DNA of 64,000 nt. Source: Squalus acanthias (Eukaryota). The notes under the pieces are model-generated. The model saw nothing but the letters and a program-made list of their open reading frames with translations, made no database searches and had not been told where the DNA came from. Position 1 is the first letter of the stretch. Each line of letters starts with the position of its first letter. Position numbers and translations under genes: made by a program. The stretch spans positions 116,376,001-116,440,000 of the forward strand of contig CM059431.1 in NCBI GenBank assembly GCA_030390025.1, in the 5' to 3' direction. Shown piece by piece: positions 47,640-61,420 of this stretch.

Positions 47640-48620
47640 GGCGTCGCTGGCAAGGCCAGCATTCATTGTCCATCCCTAATTGCCCTTGAGAAGGTGGTGG
47701 TGAGCCGCCTTCTTGAACCGCTGCAGTCCACGTGGTGAAGGTACTCCCACAGTGCTGTTAGGTAGGGAGTTCCAGGATTTTGACCCAGCGACGATGAAGA
47801 ATCGGCGATATACTTCTAAGTCAGGATGATGTGTGACTTGGAGGGGAACTTGGAGGTGGTGGTGTTCCTCTGCGTCTGCTGCCCTTGTCCTTCTAGGTGG
47901 TAGAGGTCGTGGGTTTGGGAGGTGTTGCCGAAGAAACCTTGGCGAGTTGCTGCAGTGCATCTTGTAGATGATATACACTGCAGCCACGGTACACCAGTGG
48001 TGGAGTGAGTGGTTGTTTAAGGTGGTAGAGGGGGTGCCAATCAAGAAGGCTGGTTTGTCCTGGACGGTGTCGAGCTTCTTGAGTGTTGTTGGAGCTGCAC
48101 TCATCCAGGCAAGTGGAGAGTATTCCACCACACTCCTTACTTGTGCCTTGTAGATGGTAGAAACGCTTTGGGGAGTCAGGAGGTGAGACACTCGCCGCAG
48201 AATACCCAGCCTCTGACCTGCTCTTGTTGCCACAGTATTTATGTGGCTGGCCCAGTTAAGTTTCTGGTCAATGGTGACCCCCAGGATGTTGCTGGTGGGG
48301 GATTTGGTGATTGTAATGCCATTGAATGTCAAGGGACAGTGTTTAGACTCTCGCTTGTTGGGAATAGTCATTGCCTGGCACTTCTGTGGCGCGAATGTTA
48401 CCTGCCACTTATCAGCCCAAGCCTGAACGTCGTTCAGGTCTTGTTGCATGCGGGCATGGACTGCTTCATTATCTGAGGAGTTGTGAATGGTGCTGAACAC
48501 TGTGCAGTCATCAGCGAACATCCCCACTTCTGACCTTATGTTGGAGGGAAGGTCATTGATGAAGCAGCTGAAGATGGTTGGGCCTAGGACACTGCCCTGA
48601 GGTACACCTGCAGTGATGCT
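47640..48620 (-). mobile_element. CR1-group LINE RT 3' portion, inserted in a Penelope terminus (47550-47607 / 48620-48665)
   Basis: GVPQGSVLGP and FADD. The flanks join into TCTCTCCACAGA..TGCTGCCTGACCTGCTGAG, as in the Penelope at 3600-3660. Confidence 0.85.
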
Positions 48621-48829
48621 GCCTGACCTGCTGAGGAATCCCAGCATTTTCTGTTTTGATTCCAGTATGTAACTCTCCTGTCATCACAAAACAGGAGCTT
48701 TTCATATTTTTTTCTCAAGTGTAGAATGTTTCGCAATCACAAATCAACCGTATTTAAGCCAATCTGCAAAACAGGAGTACTAACTCAAAAACAAGAGAGA
48801 AAATAAAAAGCCATCGTATAAAGGAGTTG

Positions 48830-49524
48830 AGGTAGAGTTTCCGTTAGCTTCTGCTAGATTTTATCAGCGCAATCCAGGTGAAATCGGACAAAAGATCGAG
48901 GAATTTTAAACGTAAGTTACATCAAGCGTAAATCGAGTTTCTGCGATGTTTAATGGAGGTTTAAAACTCATTTCGCTCGAAGCTGGCCCCGTCCACAAAA
49001 TTGGCCACGCCCCCAGATTGAAATAATGAGTACGGCAAGTTTCCACCGTTCGAGCAGGCTCTTCAAATTAAGTTCTTTTCTTCGGCGCACGGGCACGTTT
49101 GAAAAGATTCTACATATTAAAAAATATTTATTTTACTAAAAAACTGGACTAGTGTACAGCAATGAAACTAGTAAATGGTTCAGTATAGTTTTTTTAAGTC
49201 AGTGCTTTAAAATCGGGTTACTCACAGGTGGAGGACTGGACGCTCTTATTGAAAATGCTTATTGTTTGTGATAAACCCATTTTCAGGTGTATTCATCAAA
49301 GTGCACCAGGTTACCACTCTTAAATATATCAAGGAATACTTTTTAATGCAAAAAAAAAGTTACATTCTATTACGCTGACCAATTGCGCTGGTTCATGGAA
49401 GATTTTACGTTTGTGATTAAGCAAATGCATTTTAGCGGAACATTGAACTGTAACATAACCAGTGTAATTTCAAGCGCAATTTGCGCCCAATTTCCCGATT
49501 GTGCCCAAAGCGGAAACTGACCCC
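48830..49524. mobile_element. MITE
   Basis: Termini GGTAGAGTTTCCG / CGGAAACTGACC. Confidence 0.5.
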
Positions 49525-49564
49525 ATTATCTTTTCTACAGAACGCAGGTTTACCCAGAAAAATT

Positions 49565-50149
49565 GGGGGAGAAATGGTTAAGTGCCCGACTATGGGCGCG
49601 AACTAGGTGGCGTGACTGCAACACATGCCTGAGAGGTAGGCCCGAGGATCACCCACAATTGGTCTTCAGGCCTCATTACCATGACACCAGTTAGCTTCAG
49701 GCGCCAATCGGGCGTTCCGATGCATCTCGTTGGTCAGTTCCAGAGCAAGATTGATCGGCTCAGACGGTATCAGCGGCCCTGATGCAGGTCCTGGGGATGC
49801 GGGGAGGCGAACAAGTGGGGGCCGAGCGCAGGCCAGCAGCTTTCAGGTATGTTTAAAATAGTTTACTTACTTTGTCTTCGACGGCCTCCAGTGGTCCCTT
49901 TAAGGACCGCTGGTCAGGCCGCTGTAAAGCCTGAAAGCCCGAAGCTTGCACGTACGTTAGACCCCTCATTAGCATATGCAAAGCGCCTAACGCCTATTCA
50001 TAAGACGGCTGCCAGGGACGCCTAAATATCTCCCGAGCCAATATGGCATCAGACGTATTTCGGGCACCCTTCGGGTGGAACGAAGCCCCACAAAATTGGA
50101 TCTTTTTGCCCCGTTTCGCACCCAAGATATGAGGTTGAATTTCACCTCC
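49565..50149. mobile_element. Harbinger-like MITE
   Basis: Termini GGGGGAGAAAT / ATTTCACCTCC; GC-rich body. Confidence 0.5.
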
Positions 50150-52064
50150 TATTAGTCTTACCAGGGTTTTCTGTGAGTAATTAAGCAATAAAATAAGTAT
50201 ATGATAAGTGTAAACAACAAATTATTTACTATATTAGGTACACTGCTCTTGGCTTTTTCAAACAAATAGCTACTTTTTTCACATTACAGCGCTTAACATG
50301 TTCCAATAAACCTACCTCAACCTTTGTATGTAATAAAGGAGTGTGATATGACACACACTATAAACTCGGTCCATGATAAGCTTCACTACCCAGAAAATAA
50401 AGAACATTTTACCTCATGGGTACAGTCACAATGAAAATTCTGACCATGAAATACTTAATAAAGCAGCAATTTTTATGGCTGCCAAATAATCCTGAAATGA
50501 TATTTTAAACAGTAAATTCAATAAATCTGAGAGGCAATAATTAATTGCTCAGAAGATTAAACTTAAACTGTACATTACTAATAGACACTAAGGGTACTAT
50601 AATAGTAAGCTTTCCGTGCCTTTAATTTGACCTTACATAAGGGTATATTACATCACCAATCCTATTTATAATAAGTGGAAAATCAACAGTCCTTTTATGA
50701 AAATAAAAACTAATCAGGCAATGGATATTTTTTTTATTCATTCCTGGGATGTGGGCATCACTGGCAAGGCCAGCATTTATTGCCCATCCCTAATTGCCCT
50801 TGAGAAGGTGGTGGTCAGCCACCTTCTTGAACCGCTGCAGTCCGTGTGGTGAAGGTACTCCCACAGTGCTGTTAGGGAGAGAGTTCCAGGATTTTGACCC
50901 AGCAACAATGAAGGAACGAAAATTTAGCACTACTGTATGAAATGGTCTGAGTTAAACCAATTCTTCATTTTCAAATGGAAAATAGAAACTCATTTGCCTT
51001 TGCATATTAAGTCCTCTTAATATGACTGCAGCATAAATAATTATTTGCGGTATCTTAATAACAGTTTGTGGGATAGAAATTCATCTTGCACTGTACTGCA
51101 TCGACCGCCTGTTATACGCCCTGCTTGATATTCAGTTCTATTAAAGTCAATGGAACTGAATATCGGGTGAGGAGTATAATGGGCGGCCGCTATACCATTC
51201 GTTTTGCACTACACCCAAGATGAATTTCTGCCCCCTATCTTTTTTTTGCCAGTGGGTAGTGGTTAATAGAAGTACTTCTACTTCAACAAATACATACCAG
51301 AAATAGCCGCGTGCTTTCAGTGACAAAGGTTTATTTTGGAATCGGTACACTGGGGCTTAAAATCAGTGGGCTGCAATCGCGACAGTATCGCCTGGATTGA
51401 GCCCACTAGTGCCCTCAAGTGTGCCCAGCTTGAGTTTGTGGGGGGACACGTCATTAGCAGGCACATTTTTGGTGCCCCCCTCTGCCCCATGCTCCTGAAA
51501 ACTCTGGTGCCCATCACTTGTCCAGGGGGTAGCAGGGACCTTTCCCCAGAGACCTTCTGACTCCTTGTAATATCAAAAAAATAATTCCCCATTTTTCGAG
51601 TGTCCACATCACTTTCCTAGTGATCTGCATTGAGGCCCACTTCCACCTTCTGAGGTTGATATGCCTGAGCGCATCCAGCATAGAGAATCCCTGTCCCCTC
51701 TGACACAGCTGACCTTGTAATGGGTTGGCAGAGACCTTGCCCCTTCGAAGGTCAAGTGAGATTTCCCAACTTAGGTTGGGACCTGGTGTAGTCAGATCGC
51801 ACCCTTTTTCTGAAGTATTCCACCGGATTCCCACCAGAGTTATGGTAGGAGCCTGACAGAATGGCTGAGATAACTCGGTTCCACTTTTTCTGTATCTACT
51901 GTGTTGGTCATGATATTTTTAACAACAACAACAACTTGTGTTTATATGGCGCCTTTAATGTAGTAAAACATCCGAAGGCGCTTCACAGGAGCTTAATCGG
52001 ACAAAATTTGACACCGAGCCACATAAGGAAGTAATAAGACAGGTGTCAAAAAGCTTGCTCAAAG

Positions 52065-52715
52065 AGGTAGATTATAAGGAGCGCCTTAAAGGAGGAGAGA
52101 CTGGCAGTCATGGATCAGGTAGCATTTCCAGTGTGTCTGAAATAACCCAGCAGTGCACTTAAACAATAAACGCTCACGGTTGTAACCAAAATAAAAATAT
52201 ATATACACATTTTACCATGAATGGTGAAGACCGATAAGTGTGAAGCACCACAAATTCAGTGACATGATAGGTCACCATGAGCTACTCTGTTTGTCATAAG
52301 AATGTGTAGCTCTTGGCAGAATCTTACGTTCACCTTTATTTAAAATTTGCAGCACCCCAAGTTAAGTGCTGCTGCTGTTGTTTCATAAAATAGCGATCCT
52401 GTGGCCACCCAAATTAACATAATTCCCATAGATTAATTCAAATGAATGTATTTAGGCATCTATATCTCCAAGATAGAATGTTTTGCTGGAAGCATAGCTG
52501 TGTCAAATATTTAGCTGATCGCATTCGTCCCCCAATAACTTTCATATCTATTTCCTTCCCATCTAAGTACACATGAAAATGAGGCCACTATTCTTAATGC
52601 ATTGACGGGTCTATTGTTTAAGTGCACTGCTGGGTTATTTCAGACACACTGGAAATGCTACCTGATCCATGACTGCCAGTCTCTCCTCCTTTAAGGCGCT
52701 CCTTATAATCTACCT
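52065..52715. repeat. Perfect 104-bp inverted repeat (52065-52168 / 52612-52715)
   Basis: Base-by-base reverse-complement match. Confidence 0.95.
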
Positions 52716-53045
52716 ATATGGCTATGAAGGTCGGTTTCTTTAGTCATGTACCAGGACCACAAACTCAGATTGCCCCACAACAGCCTCTGCCCTAATCTAT
52801 TTGCACGCTAGGAGGTATTGGCTTATTAGCGTAATGCATTGACTGTGTCTCTCTTTGTGTGAGAAATGACAGGGGATTTGTACAAGGTTATTTACACCTT
52901 GACGTGCATTCCCTGATCTGCAGCAGATTTTAAATCTAACATGCAGGATTACGATATTATCCTCTAATATAAGGCATGCAAGAAATATACAAATCCAGCA
53001 TGGGGACACTTAGTAATAACAGACTGCAAACTGCAGAGGACTGGG

Positions 53046-56000
53046 TGACATGAATCTGTCATTCATGACTTATGAAATAATACTGAGTGGCCTGCGGGTG
53101 GCGCTGTCCAGGGAGAGTATAAATACTCGGGCATGGGCCCAGCTTGCGCAGGACATTCTTAACCGGAACTAGTGAAGGACTCAACTAGACCGCCATGTTG
53201 TAAAACAGTAGATTAAAGCTTTGTTTAACGCTTAGACCAAGTGCCTAGTAGTTTTCTTACGTCAATTTAATCGACCGGACCTGCTCTACGCTCTGAGTAG
53301 TTTTGGGAACAGACGGCTACGACTCAAATGGTAGAAGGGAACCAGATATAGTAATCAATCCATTATGGAGAAACTACTCCAACCCGGCCGTCTTGACCTG
53401 GACCCGAATTCACCTACAACTGCTAAGGTATGGAAACACTGGTATCGTACCTTCAGCAACTTCCTCAGGGTGTGTGGTGAAAATGTTCCTGATAATTTAG
53501 AGATACTTGCCTGAAAGGGTTAAAAGAGCTCAAATATAAAGAGTAATTATGAACAAGTTTAAAAGAGGGAAATATGATGTAACGTGGTCAAGACTATACA
53601 CTACAAATCACTAATTGAGTAAAATATTAGAAATAACCTTGGAGTCCCAGTTGCTATGGTGAAATCTTTCAAAGCAGTTTTAATTGGATTTACTTGAATT
53701 TAACCTTGGAGTTGCCAGATTAATGTGCACACGAACTGCAAGAAGTTGCACCCGAGACCAACTATTTTGCACTCGGAACCAACTATATGTAATGTAAATA
53801 ATTATGGGACAATAGCCATGACTCAGAACAGAAACTGTATATAAGGTAGAGGGGTTTTAACGATCGGGGAGCATTTGTCCCTGGATGAGTGACTCCCCTG
53901 TTGGCTTGTATTAAAGTTGATTTACTGAACAAACCTCTGGACTCCGAGCAATTGATTGGGAATAAGGCGGACATCGACCCTTTATATCAGAGGGTCCGTC
54001 TCGGGGAGAAGAAGCTCTCCCGGTTTACCCTTACATTGCCAATTATGTATCCCCTTATGTATTTGACTATATCGAAGACTGTATAGACTATGACTCCGCT
54101 ATCTGAAAACTACAGCAACTATATGTTAAGGCCCCAAACAAAATTTTTGCTCGGCATCTACTGGCCACAACTCGACAACAACCCAGGGTATCACTTGACG
54201 AATTCCTTCAAAAGCTTCGCAGGCTCAGCAAAGATTGTAATCTCAAGGCTGTCTCAGCTGAGCAGTACCAGGAGGAGTTAATTTGTGATTCTTTTATTAA
54301 TGGAATTGCGTCTCCCTTCATACGCCAGCGTCTGTTGGAGAATAAAACCCTCGAGTTACAAGCTGCCTATGGCCAGGCATATTCTCTGGACTTGGCAAAA
54401 AAAAATGCAGATGCCTATCTTTTACCACGTGCACGGACTGCTGCTATCACTTTTAGTGACTCCTCCGATAAGCCTCAGGCGGAAGCCCTCACTGATGACG
54501 ACTCTATCCTAGCTGATAACGACCCTACCCTAGCGGCATCTTGGCAATCTAAAAGGAAGTGTTTCTTCTGTGGAGGTGCATTTCACTATAAGAAATTTTG
54601 TCCTGCTCGTAATGCAATCTGCAATCATTGCAGTAAGAAAGGCCACTTCTCGAAAGTATGTCAGTCAAGAGCCTCTTCTAGGGTTACAGCTGCTATCTAT
54701 AAAACTGCTCCCCCCCTGAGAGCCACTACTAATGTTACAGCTGTCATCTATAAAACTGCTCCTCTCGCAAGAGCCACTACTAATGTTACAGCTGTCAAGG
54801 GTAAAACTGCCCCTCCTCCCATCACAGCTGTTTTTCCCCAAAGCCTGTCCCTTGCAGCCATGAAGATTTCAGTAAATGGACACATTTTGAGTGCATTAAT
54901 CGACTCATGCAGCTCTGACACCTTCATCAGTGAGCAGGCTGTCAGTAAGTTAAAACTGTGTATTTACCCCTCGGACAGGGAAATTGCAATGGCTCTGATG
55001 ACACTGACCACCAACTCTTCCAGCTTTTGTCTTGTCGACCTTATTCTCAATGGCCGCACTTATTTCTCTACCCAGCTCGGGGTGCTCAAAAACCTGTGCA
55101 GTGATGTGCTCCTGGGACAGGATTTCCAGAAACAACACAAAAGACTCACTTTTGAGTTTGGAGGATCAAAGCCGGAGCTTACTATTTCCAAAGTACCGTT
55201 TTGTGCACTTTCGGAGGCTTCGCTCGACGAGCCCTCCTTGTTTGCCAATCTTTCCCCCCGATGTAAGCCCATAGCCACTAAATCATGACATTTCAGCCAA
55301 GATGACCTATCCTTTATCGAGGCAGAGATCTCTCGCCTTCTAGCTGACGGTATCATTGAGCCATGTTCATCATCCTGGTGGGCTCAAGTCGTCATTGTTA
55401 AAAATCCTCTGAAGCAACACAAGAAACGTCTTTGCATCGATTACTTGCAAACTATTAACCAGTATACCGACCTGGATGCCTACCCCCTACAACGCATCGA
55501 TGACATGGTCAATAACCTTGCTAACTAAAAGGTATTTTCAACTTTTGACTTAAAGACGCATACCATCAAGTACCGTTAAAGGACTCTGATAAAAAGTACA
55601 CGGCCTTTGAGGCCAATGGTCGGCTTTACCAGTTTTGTCGTCTTCCATTTGGGGTCACCAATGAGGTGGCCGTCTTTCAATGAGCAATGGATAGCCTAGT
55701 CAAACAGGAGAGCTTAATGGACACTTTGCCATATCTGGATAATATCACCATTGCTGGTCATGACCAGAAGGAGCATGATGCCAACCTCCAGAAATTTCTT
55801 GACGTTCTCCGTCGTCGCAACTTAACCTTAAATGAGTCCAAATCTATGAAATCAGTACCATCAGTTAACATCCTTGGCTACTGGGTGGGCAATGGTGTCA
55901 TCAAACCGGATCCGGAGCGACTTCGTCCGCTTCAGGAGCTCCCTCCTCCTACGAATCTCAGCTCTCTTCGTCGGGCCCTCGGCATGTTCGCCTAATATGC

Positions 56001-58064
56001 AAAGTGGACACCTCACTTTTCCGACAAGATCCAGCCCCTGCTTCACGCGAAGTCATTTCCGTTGGAGGCGAGGGCTATTTCAGCTTTCGACCTCCTCAAG
56101 CAACAACTGGAAAAAGCCGCGCTTCATTCCATCGATGAAAATCTCCCTTTCATGGTCGAGTGCGATGCATCGGAGGTGGCGATCTCGGCTACCTTGAATC
56201 AAGGCGGTCGACCCGTTGCATTTCTGTCCAGAACTTTGCAGAGTAGCGAGCTCCATTATCCTTCTGTCGAGAAGGAGGCTACGGCTATCATCGAAGCAGT
56301 ACATAAATGGAATCATTTTCTCGCTCGTCGCCATTTCACGCTCATAACCGATCAGCGCTCTGTGGCCTTTATGCTGGATAACCGGAAACGCACTAAAATC
56401 AAGAATAACAAAATACAGCTCTGGAGGATGGAATTGGCCACCTTTGGCTACACCATACAGTATCGACCCGGCAAGGAGAATGTGGCCCCGGATACCCTCA
56501 CGCGTGCATTCTGCTTTTCCATGTCAACTTCGACTCTTGCGGATCTTCATACTGACTTATGCCATCCTGGCGTTACCCATATGTTGCACTTTGTGCGATC
56601 TAAAAATCTCCCATTTTCTACGGAAGACGTGAAAAGAACATGCTCCACTTGTAGAATTTGGGCGGAATTAAAACCGCAATTCTTCCGTCCGTCGGATGGC
56701 TCGCTCATACACGCTACACAGCCTATGCAGCGACTCAGCATTGACTTTAAAGGGCCATTGCCTTCTCAGCGCGAAACACCTACTTGCTTACTATGGTGGA
56801 CGAATATTCACGCTTTCTCTTTGCTTTCCCCTGTCCCAATATGCTTACTTCCACAGTGATCAAATGCCTCGATCAGGTCTTTTCCCTTTGCGGTACGGCC
56901 AATTTCATCCACTCTGATCGGGGTCCCTCCTTCATGTCAAGTGAACTCAAAAGCTATCTTTCCCAACGGGGAATCGCCACAAGTAAAACGACACCGTTTC
57001 ATCCTATTGGAAACGGACAGGTTGCGAGATACAACGCTATCATTTGGAACGCTATTCGCCTTGCACTGAGGTCACACAATCTATCAGACCAGCAGTGGGA
57101 AACTATGCTCCCTGATGCGTTGCATTCCATCAGGTCTCTTCTTTCTACATCCACCAATGTTACTCCTCACGAATGATTCTTCAGGTTCCAGCGTCGCTCC
57201 ACTCATGGGACGTCCCTACCATCATGGTTCGCAGCTCCTGGCTCCGTGCTGCTCCGAAGATTCATCCGATCCTCCAAGAGTGATCCCCTCGTCGATGAGG
57301 TGGAACTAACGGATGTCAATCCTACAGACGCGTACGTGCGGTACCCTGATGGCCGGGAGTCCACAGTTTCACTTCGGGATCTGGCTCCCTGCCCAACCGG
57401 TCCCACGGACCCAATCGATAGAGAGATCCGTATTAACGACGCCGATACTGCACACTCCTCCGAGGATGACGCCCTACCGGGACATCAAGGGATCTGCCAG
57501 ATACTCCGCCGGTACAACCCGGGGAACAGAGCGCTCCCCGCGGGATGGCCACCCGAAGCCAGGACGCCGGTCAATCACCGGCTACTGAACAGGATGAAGC
57601 CAGCTCGGCACCTGTGGGGGCCCACACCCGGAGTCACGATCTCCCCAGTCTCCCTCAGGTTGATCGAGGCGACACGGGCTCTGCCAGCCCGCCGGTACGA
57701 ACCAAGGAACCTAGGGACCAAGACACGGTCCGAGGAGGCGTGCCTTCCAGCCACAAACGGAGATCCAAACGACTGCAGCTATTCGTAGTCCAATTAATCC
57801 GATAAAAGGAAGTCGCCGGACTTCCAATCCTTCAGGCGGGAAGAATGACATGAATCTGTCATTCATGACTTATGAAATAATACTGAGTGGCCTGCGGGTG
57901 GCGCTGTCCAGGTAGAGTATAAATACTCGGGCACGGGCCCAGCTTGCGCAGGACATTCTTAACCGGAACTAGTGAAGGACACAACTAGATCTCCATGTTG
58001 TAAAACAGTTGATTAAAGCTTTGTTTAAAACTTAGATCAAGTGCCCCGTAGTTTTCTTACATCA
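53046..58064 (+). mobile_element. Full-length, decayed Ty3/Gypsy LTR retrotransposon
   Basis: 219-bp LTRs (53046-53264, 57846-58064), TSD CTGGG. Gag from about 53364, protease LIDSCS, RT YLDN, RH CDAS, IN SDRG. Several stops and frameshifts. Confidence 0.93.
53512..54035 (+). mobile_element. Solo LTR inserted in the Gypsy gag
   Basis: TGAAAGGGT ... ACCCTTACA termini, TSD TTGCC, TATATAA then ATTAAA; the gag frame resumes after it. Confidence 0.85.
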
Positions 58065-58674
58065 CTGGGTATGAGTGAGTTCTCTTGTGGACTTTTCTTT
58101 GCTAATATGCCACTGAAACTCTTATCCTTGCCGTTGTAACCTCTAGTCTTGATTTCTGCAATATACCCTTTGTCATCCTTCACTCTGTATGAACTCAGCT
58201 GCCTGTATCATGTCCTGCCCCTCACTAGTATTCTCACTGGGCCACATCGGCTTGCTTCTCCCCAACACCTTAAAGGGATGATTTTCCTGAACAGGTGCTG
58301 TTTGGAGGCAACGTGAGTGCAGCGCACCAGAAGTGCACTGCTCCTGCGGAGGACAACTGGTGTTGGGATTTCATTACTAAGGAAAGGGCAAACTTTGTGT
58401 GCTGCTGGATGAGATGAAGATCCTGAGAGGAAGTCCTGGCACTGGCTGGGCCTTAAAGGCAGAAAAAACATTAAAGGGACAGGTCAAATACAAGTCCCTT
58501 AAGAGATCTAGAAGATCTTCATTTTTTTAAAGTAATGAGTGTAGGGTACAGGATTGTTTTGGGTCATTTAAATGTCATGAACTTTTGACTCTTTGGCTAA
58601 CTGAAAGCCCAACCTAAGTTAGCCACAAACAGCAGACTTTTGTCTACTGCTAAGAAAGACAGAAAACAGAAAAG

Positions 58675-61420
58675 AATCATAGCAATTTAAAGCAGAGAAG
58701 GAGGCCATTCGGCCCATCATGTCTGTGCCGGCCGACAAAGAGCTATCCAGCATAATCCCACTTTCCAGCACTTGGCTGTATCCTTGTAGGTTACGGCACT
58801 TCAAGTGCATATCCAAGTACTTTTTAAATGTGATGAGGGTTTCTGCCTCTACCACCCTTTCAGGCAGTGAGTTCCAGACCCCCGCCACTTCAATTAGGTC
58901 TCCCCTCAGCCTCCTCTGTTCCAAAGAAAACAACCCCAGCCTATCCAATCTTACCTCATAGCTAAAATTCCCCAGCCCAGGCAACATCCTTGTAAATCTC
59001 CTCTGCACCCTCTCTAGTGCAATCACATCCTTCCTGTAATGAGGTGACCAGAACTGCACGCAGTATTCTAGCTGCAGCCTAACTAGTGTTTTATACAGTT
59101 CAAGCATAACCTCCCTGCTCTTATATTCTATGCCTCGGCTAATAAAGGCAAGTATCCCGTATGCCTTATTAACCACCTTATCTACCGGTCCTGCTACCTT
59201 CAGGGATCTGTGGACATGCACTCCAAGGTCCCTCTGATCCTTTGCACTTCTCAGTGTCCTACCATTTATAATGTGATCCCTTGCCTTGTTAGCCCTCCCC
59301 AAGTGCATTGCCTCACACTCATCTGGATTGAATTCCATTTGCCACTGTTCTGCCCACCTGACCAGTCCATTGATATCTTCCTGCAGTCTACAGCTTTTTT
59401 CTTCATTAATAACCACACGGCCAATTTTTGTATCATCTGCAAACTTCTTAATCATACTTCCTACATTCAAGTCCAAATCATTGATATATACCATAAAAAG
59501 CAAAGGACCCAGCACTGAGCCCTGCAGAACCCCACTGGAAACAACTTTCCAGTCAGAAAAACACCCTTCGACCATTACCCTTTGTTTCCTGCCTCTGAGC
59601 CAATTTTGGATCCAACTTGCCATTTTGCCTTCGATCCCATGGGCTTTTAATTTCGTGACCAGTCTGCCATGCGGGACCTTATCAAAAACCTTGCTAAAAT
59701 CCATATAGACTAAATCAAATGCACTACCCTCATCGACCCTCCTTGTTACCTCCTCAAAAAATTCAATCAAGTTAGTCAGACACAACCTTCCTTTAACAAA
59801 TCCATGCTGACTGTCCCTGATTAATCCGTGTCTTTCTAAATGAAGATTTATCCTGTCGCTCAGAATTTTTTTCAATAATTTTCCCACCACCGAGGTTAGG
59901 CTGACTGGCCTGTAATTACTCGGTCTATCCCTTTCTCCCTTTTTAAACAATGGTACCACGTTAGCAGTCCTCCAGTCCTCCGGCACCACACCTGTAGCCA
60001 GAGAGGATTGGAAAATGATGGTCAGAGCCTCTGCTATTTCCTCTCTTACTTCTCTTAACAGTCTGGGATACATTTCATCCGGGCCTGGGGATTTATCCAC
60101 TTTCAAAGATGCTAAACCCCTTAATACTTCCTCTTTCACTATATTTATTTCATCTAATATTTCACACTCCTCCTCCCTGATTGCAATTTCTGCATCATCC
60201 CTCTCTTTTGTGAAAACAGATGCAAAGTATTCATTAAGAACCATACCCACGTCTTCGCCCTCCACACACAGGATACATTTATGGTCCCTAATAGGCCCTA
60301 CTCTTACTTTAGTTATCCTGTTGCTCTTAATATATTTATAAAACATCTTTGGGTTTTCCTTGATTTTACTTGCAAATATTTTTTCATGCCCTTTCTTTGC
60401 TTTCCTAATTTCCTTTTTAATTTCACCCCTGCACTTTCTATACTCCTCTAGCATTTCTGCTGTATTGAGCCTCGGTATCTGTCATAAGCTTCCTTTTTTT
60501 CTTTATCCTTCCCTGTATGCCCCTTGACATCCAGGGAGCTCGAGATTTGTTAGTCCCACCTTTATTCTTTAAGGGAACATACTTGCTCTGAACCTTCACT
60601 ATCTCCTCCTTGAATGCCTCCCACTGCTCTGACACTGATTTACCTTCAAGTTTCTGTCTCCAGTCCACTTTGGCTAAATCACATCTCAGCTTAGTAAAAT
60701 TAGCTTTTCCCCAATTGAGAACTTTTATTCCTGGTCTATCCTTCTCATTTTCCATAACTACGCTAAATCTAACTGAATTATGATCACTACCACCAATATG
60801 CTCTCCCACTGATACCCTTTCCACCTGCCCAGCTTCATTCCCTAAAACCAGGTCCAGAACCGCCCCTCTCTTGTTGGGCTTGCTACATACTTGGTAAAAA
60901 AAAGTTCTCCTGAATGCATTTTAAGAATTCTGCTCCCTCTAAACCTTACACACTAATTTTATCCCAGTTAATATTAGGGAAGTTGTAATCCCCTACAATT
61001 TTTGCATGTCTCAGAAATTTGCCTACATATTTGCTCTTCTATCTCCCTCTGACTGTTCGGAGGTCTATAGTACTCTCCCAGCAGTGTGATTGCCCCTTTT
61101 TTGCTTTTCAATTCATCCTATACGGCCTCGTTGGATGATCCTTCTAAGATATCATCCCTCCTCACAGCTGTAATTGTTTCTTTAATCAATATTCCGACCC
61201 CCTCTCCATTTTTATCCCCCTCTCTATCTCGTCTGAAAACCCTGTAACCAGGTATGTTGAGCTGCCATTCCTGCCCTTCTTTCAGCCGTGTCTCAGTAAT
61301 AGCTATAATATCATACTCCCACGTGTCTATCTGTGCCCGCAGCTTTATTCCCTAGACTCCTTGCGTTGAAGTGTATACCATTTAGCACTGCCAAACTCCC
61401 TTGTTGTCTATTTGTCTAGA
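58675..61420 (-). mobile_element. CR1 LINE ORF2 (APE and RT), degenerate
   Basis: ORF 58619-60454 with NYRPVSLT, QGSVLGP and FADD; SDHN upstream. Confidence 0.92.
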
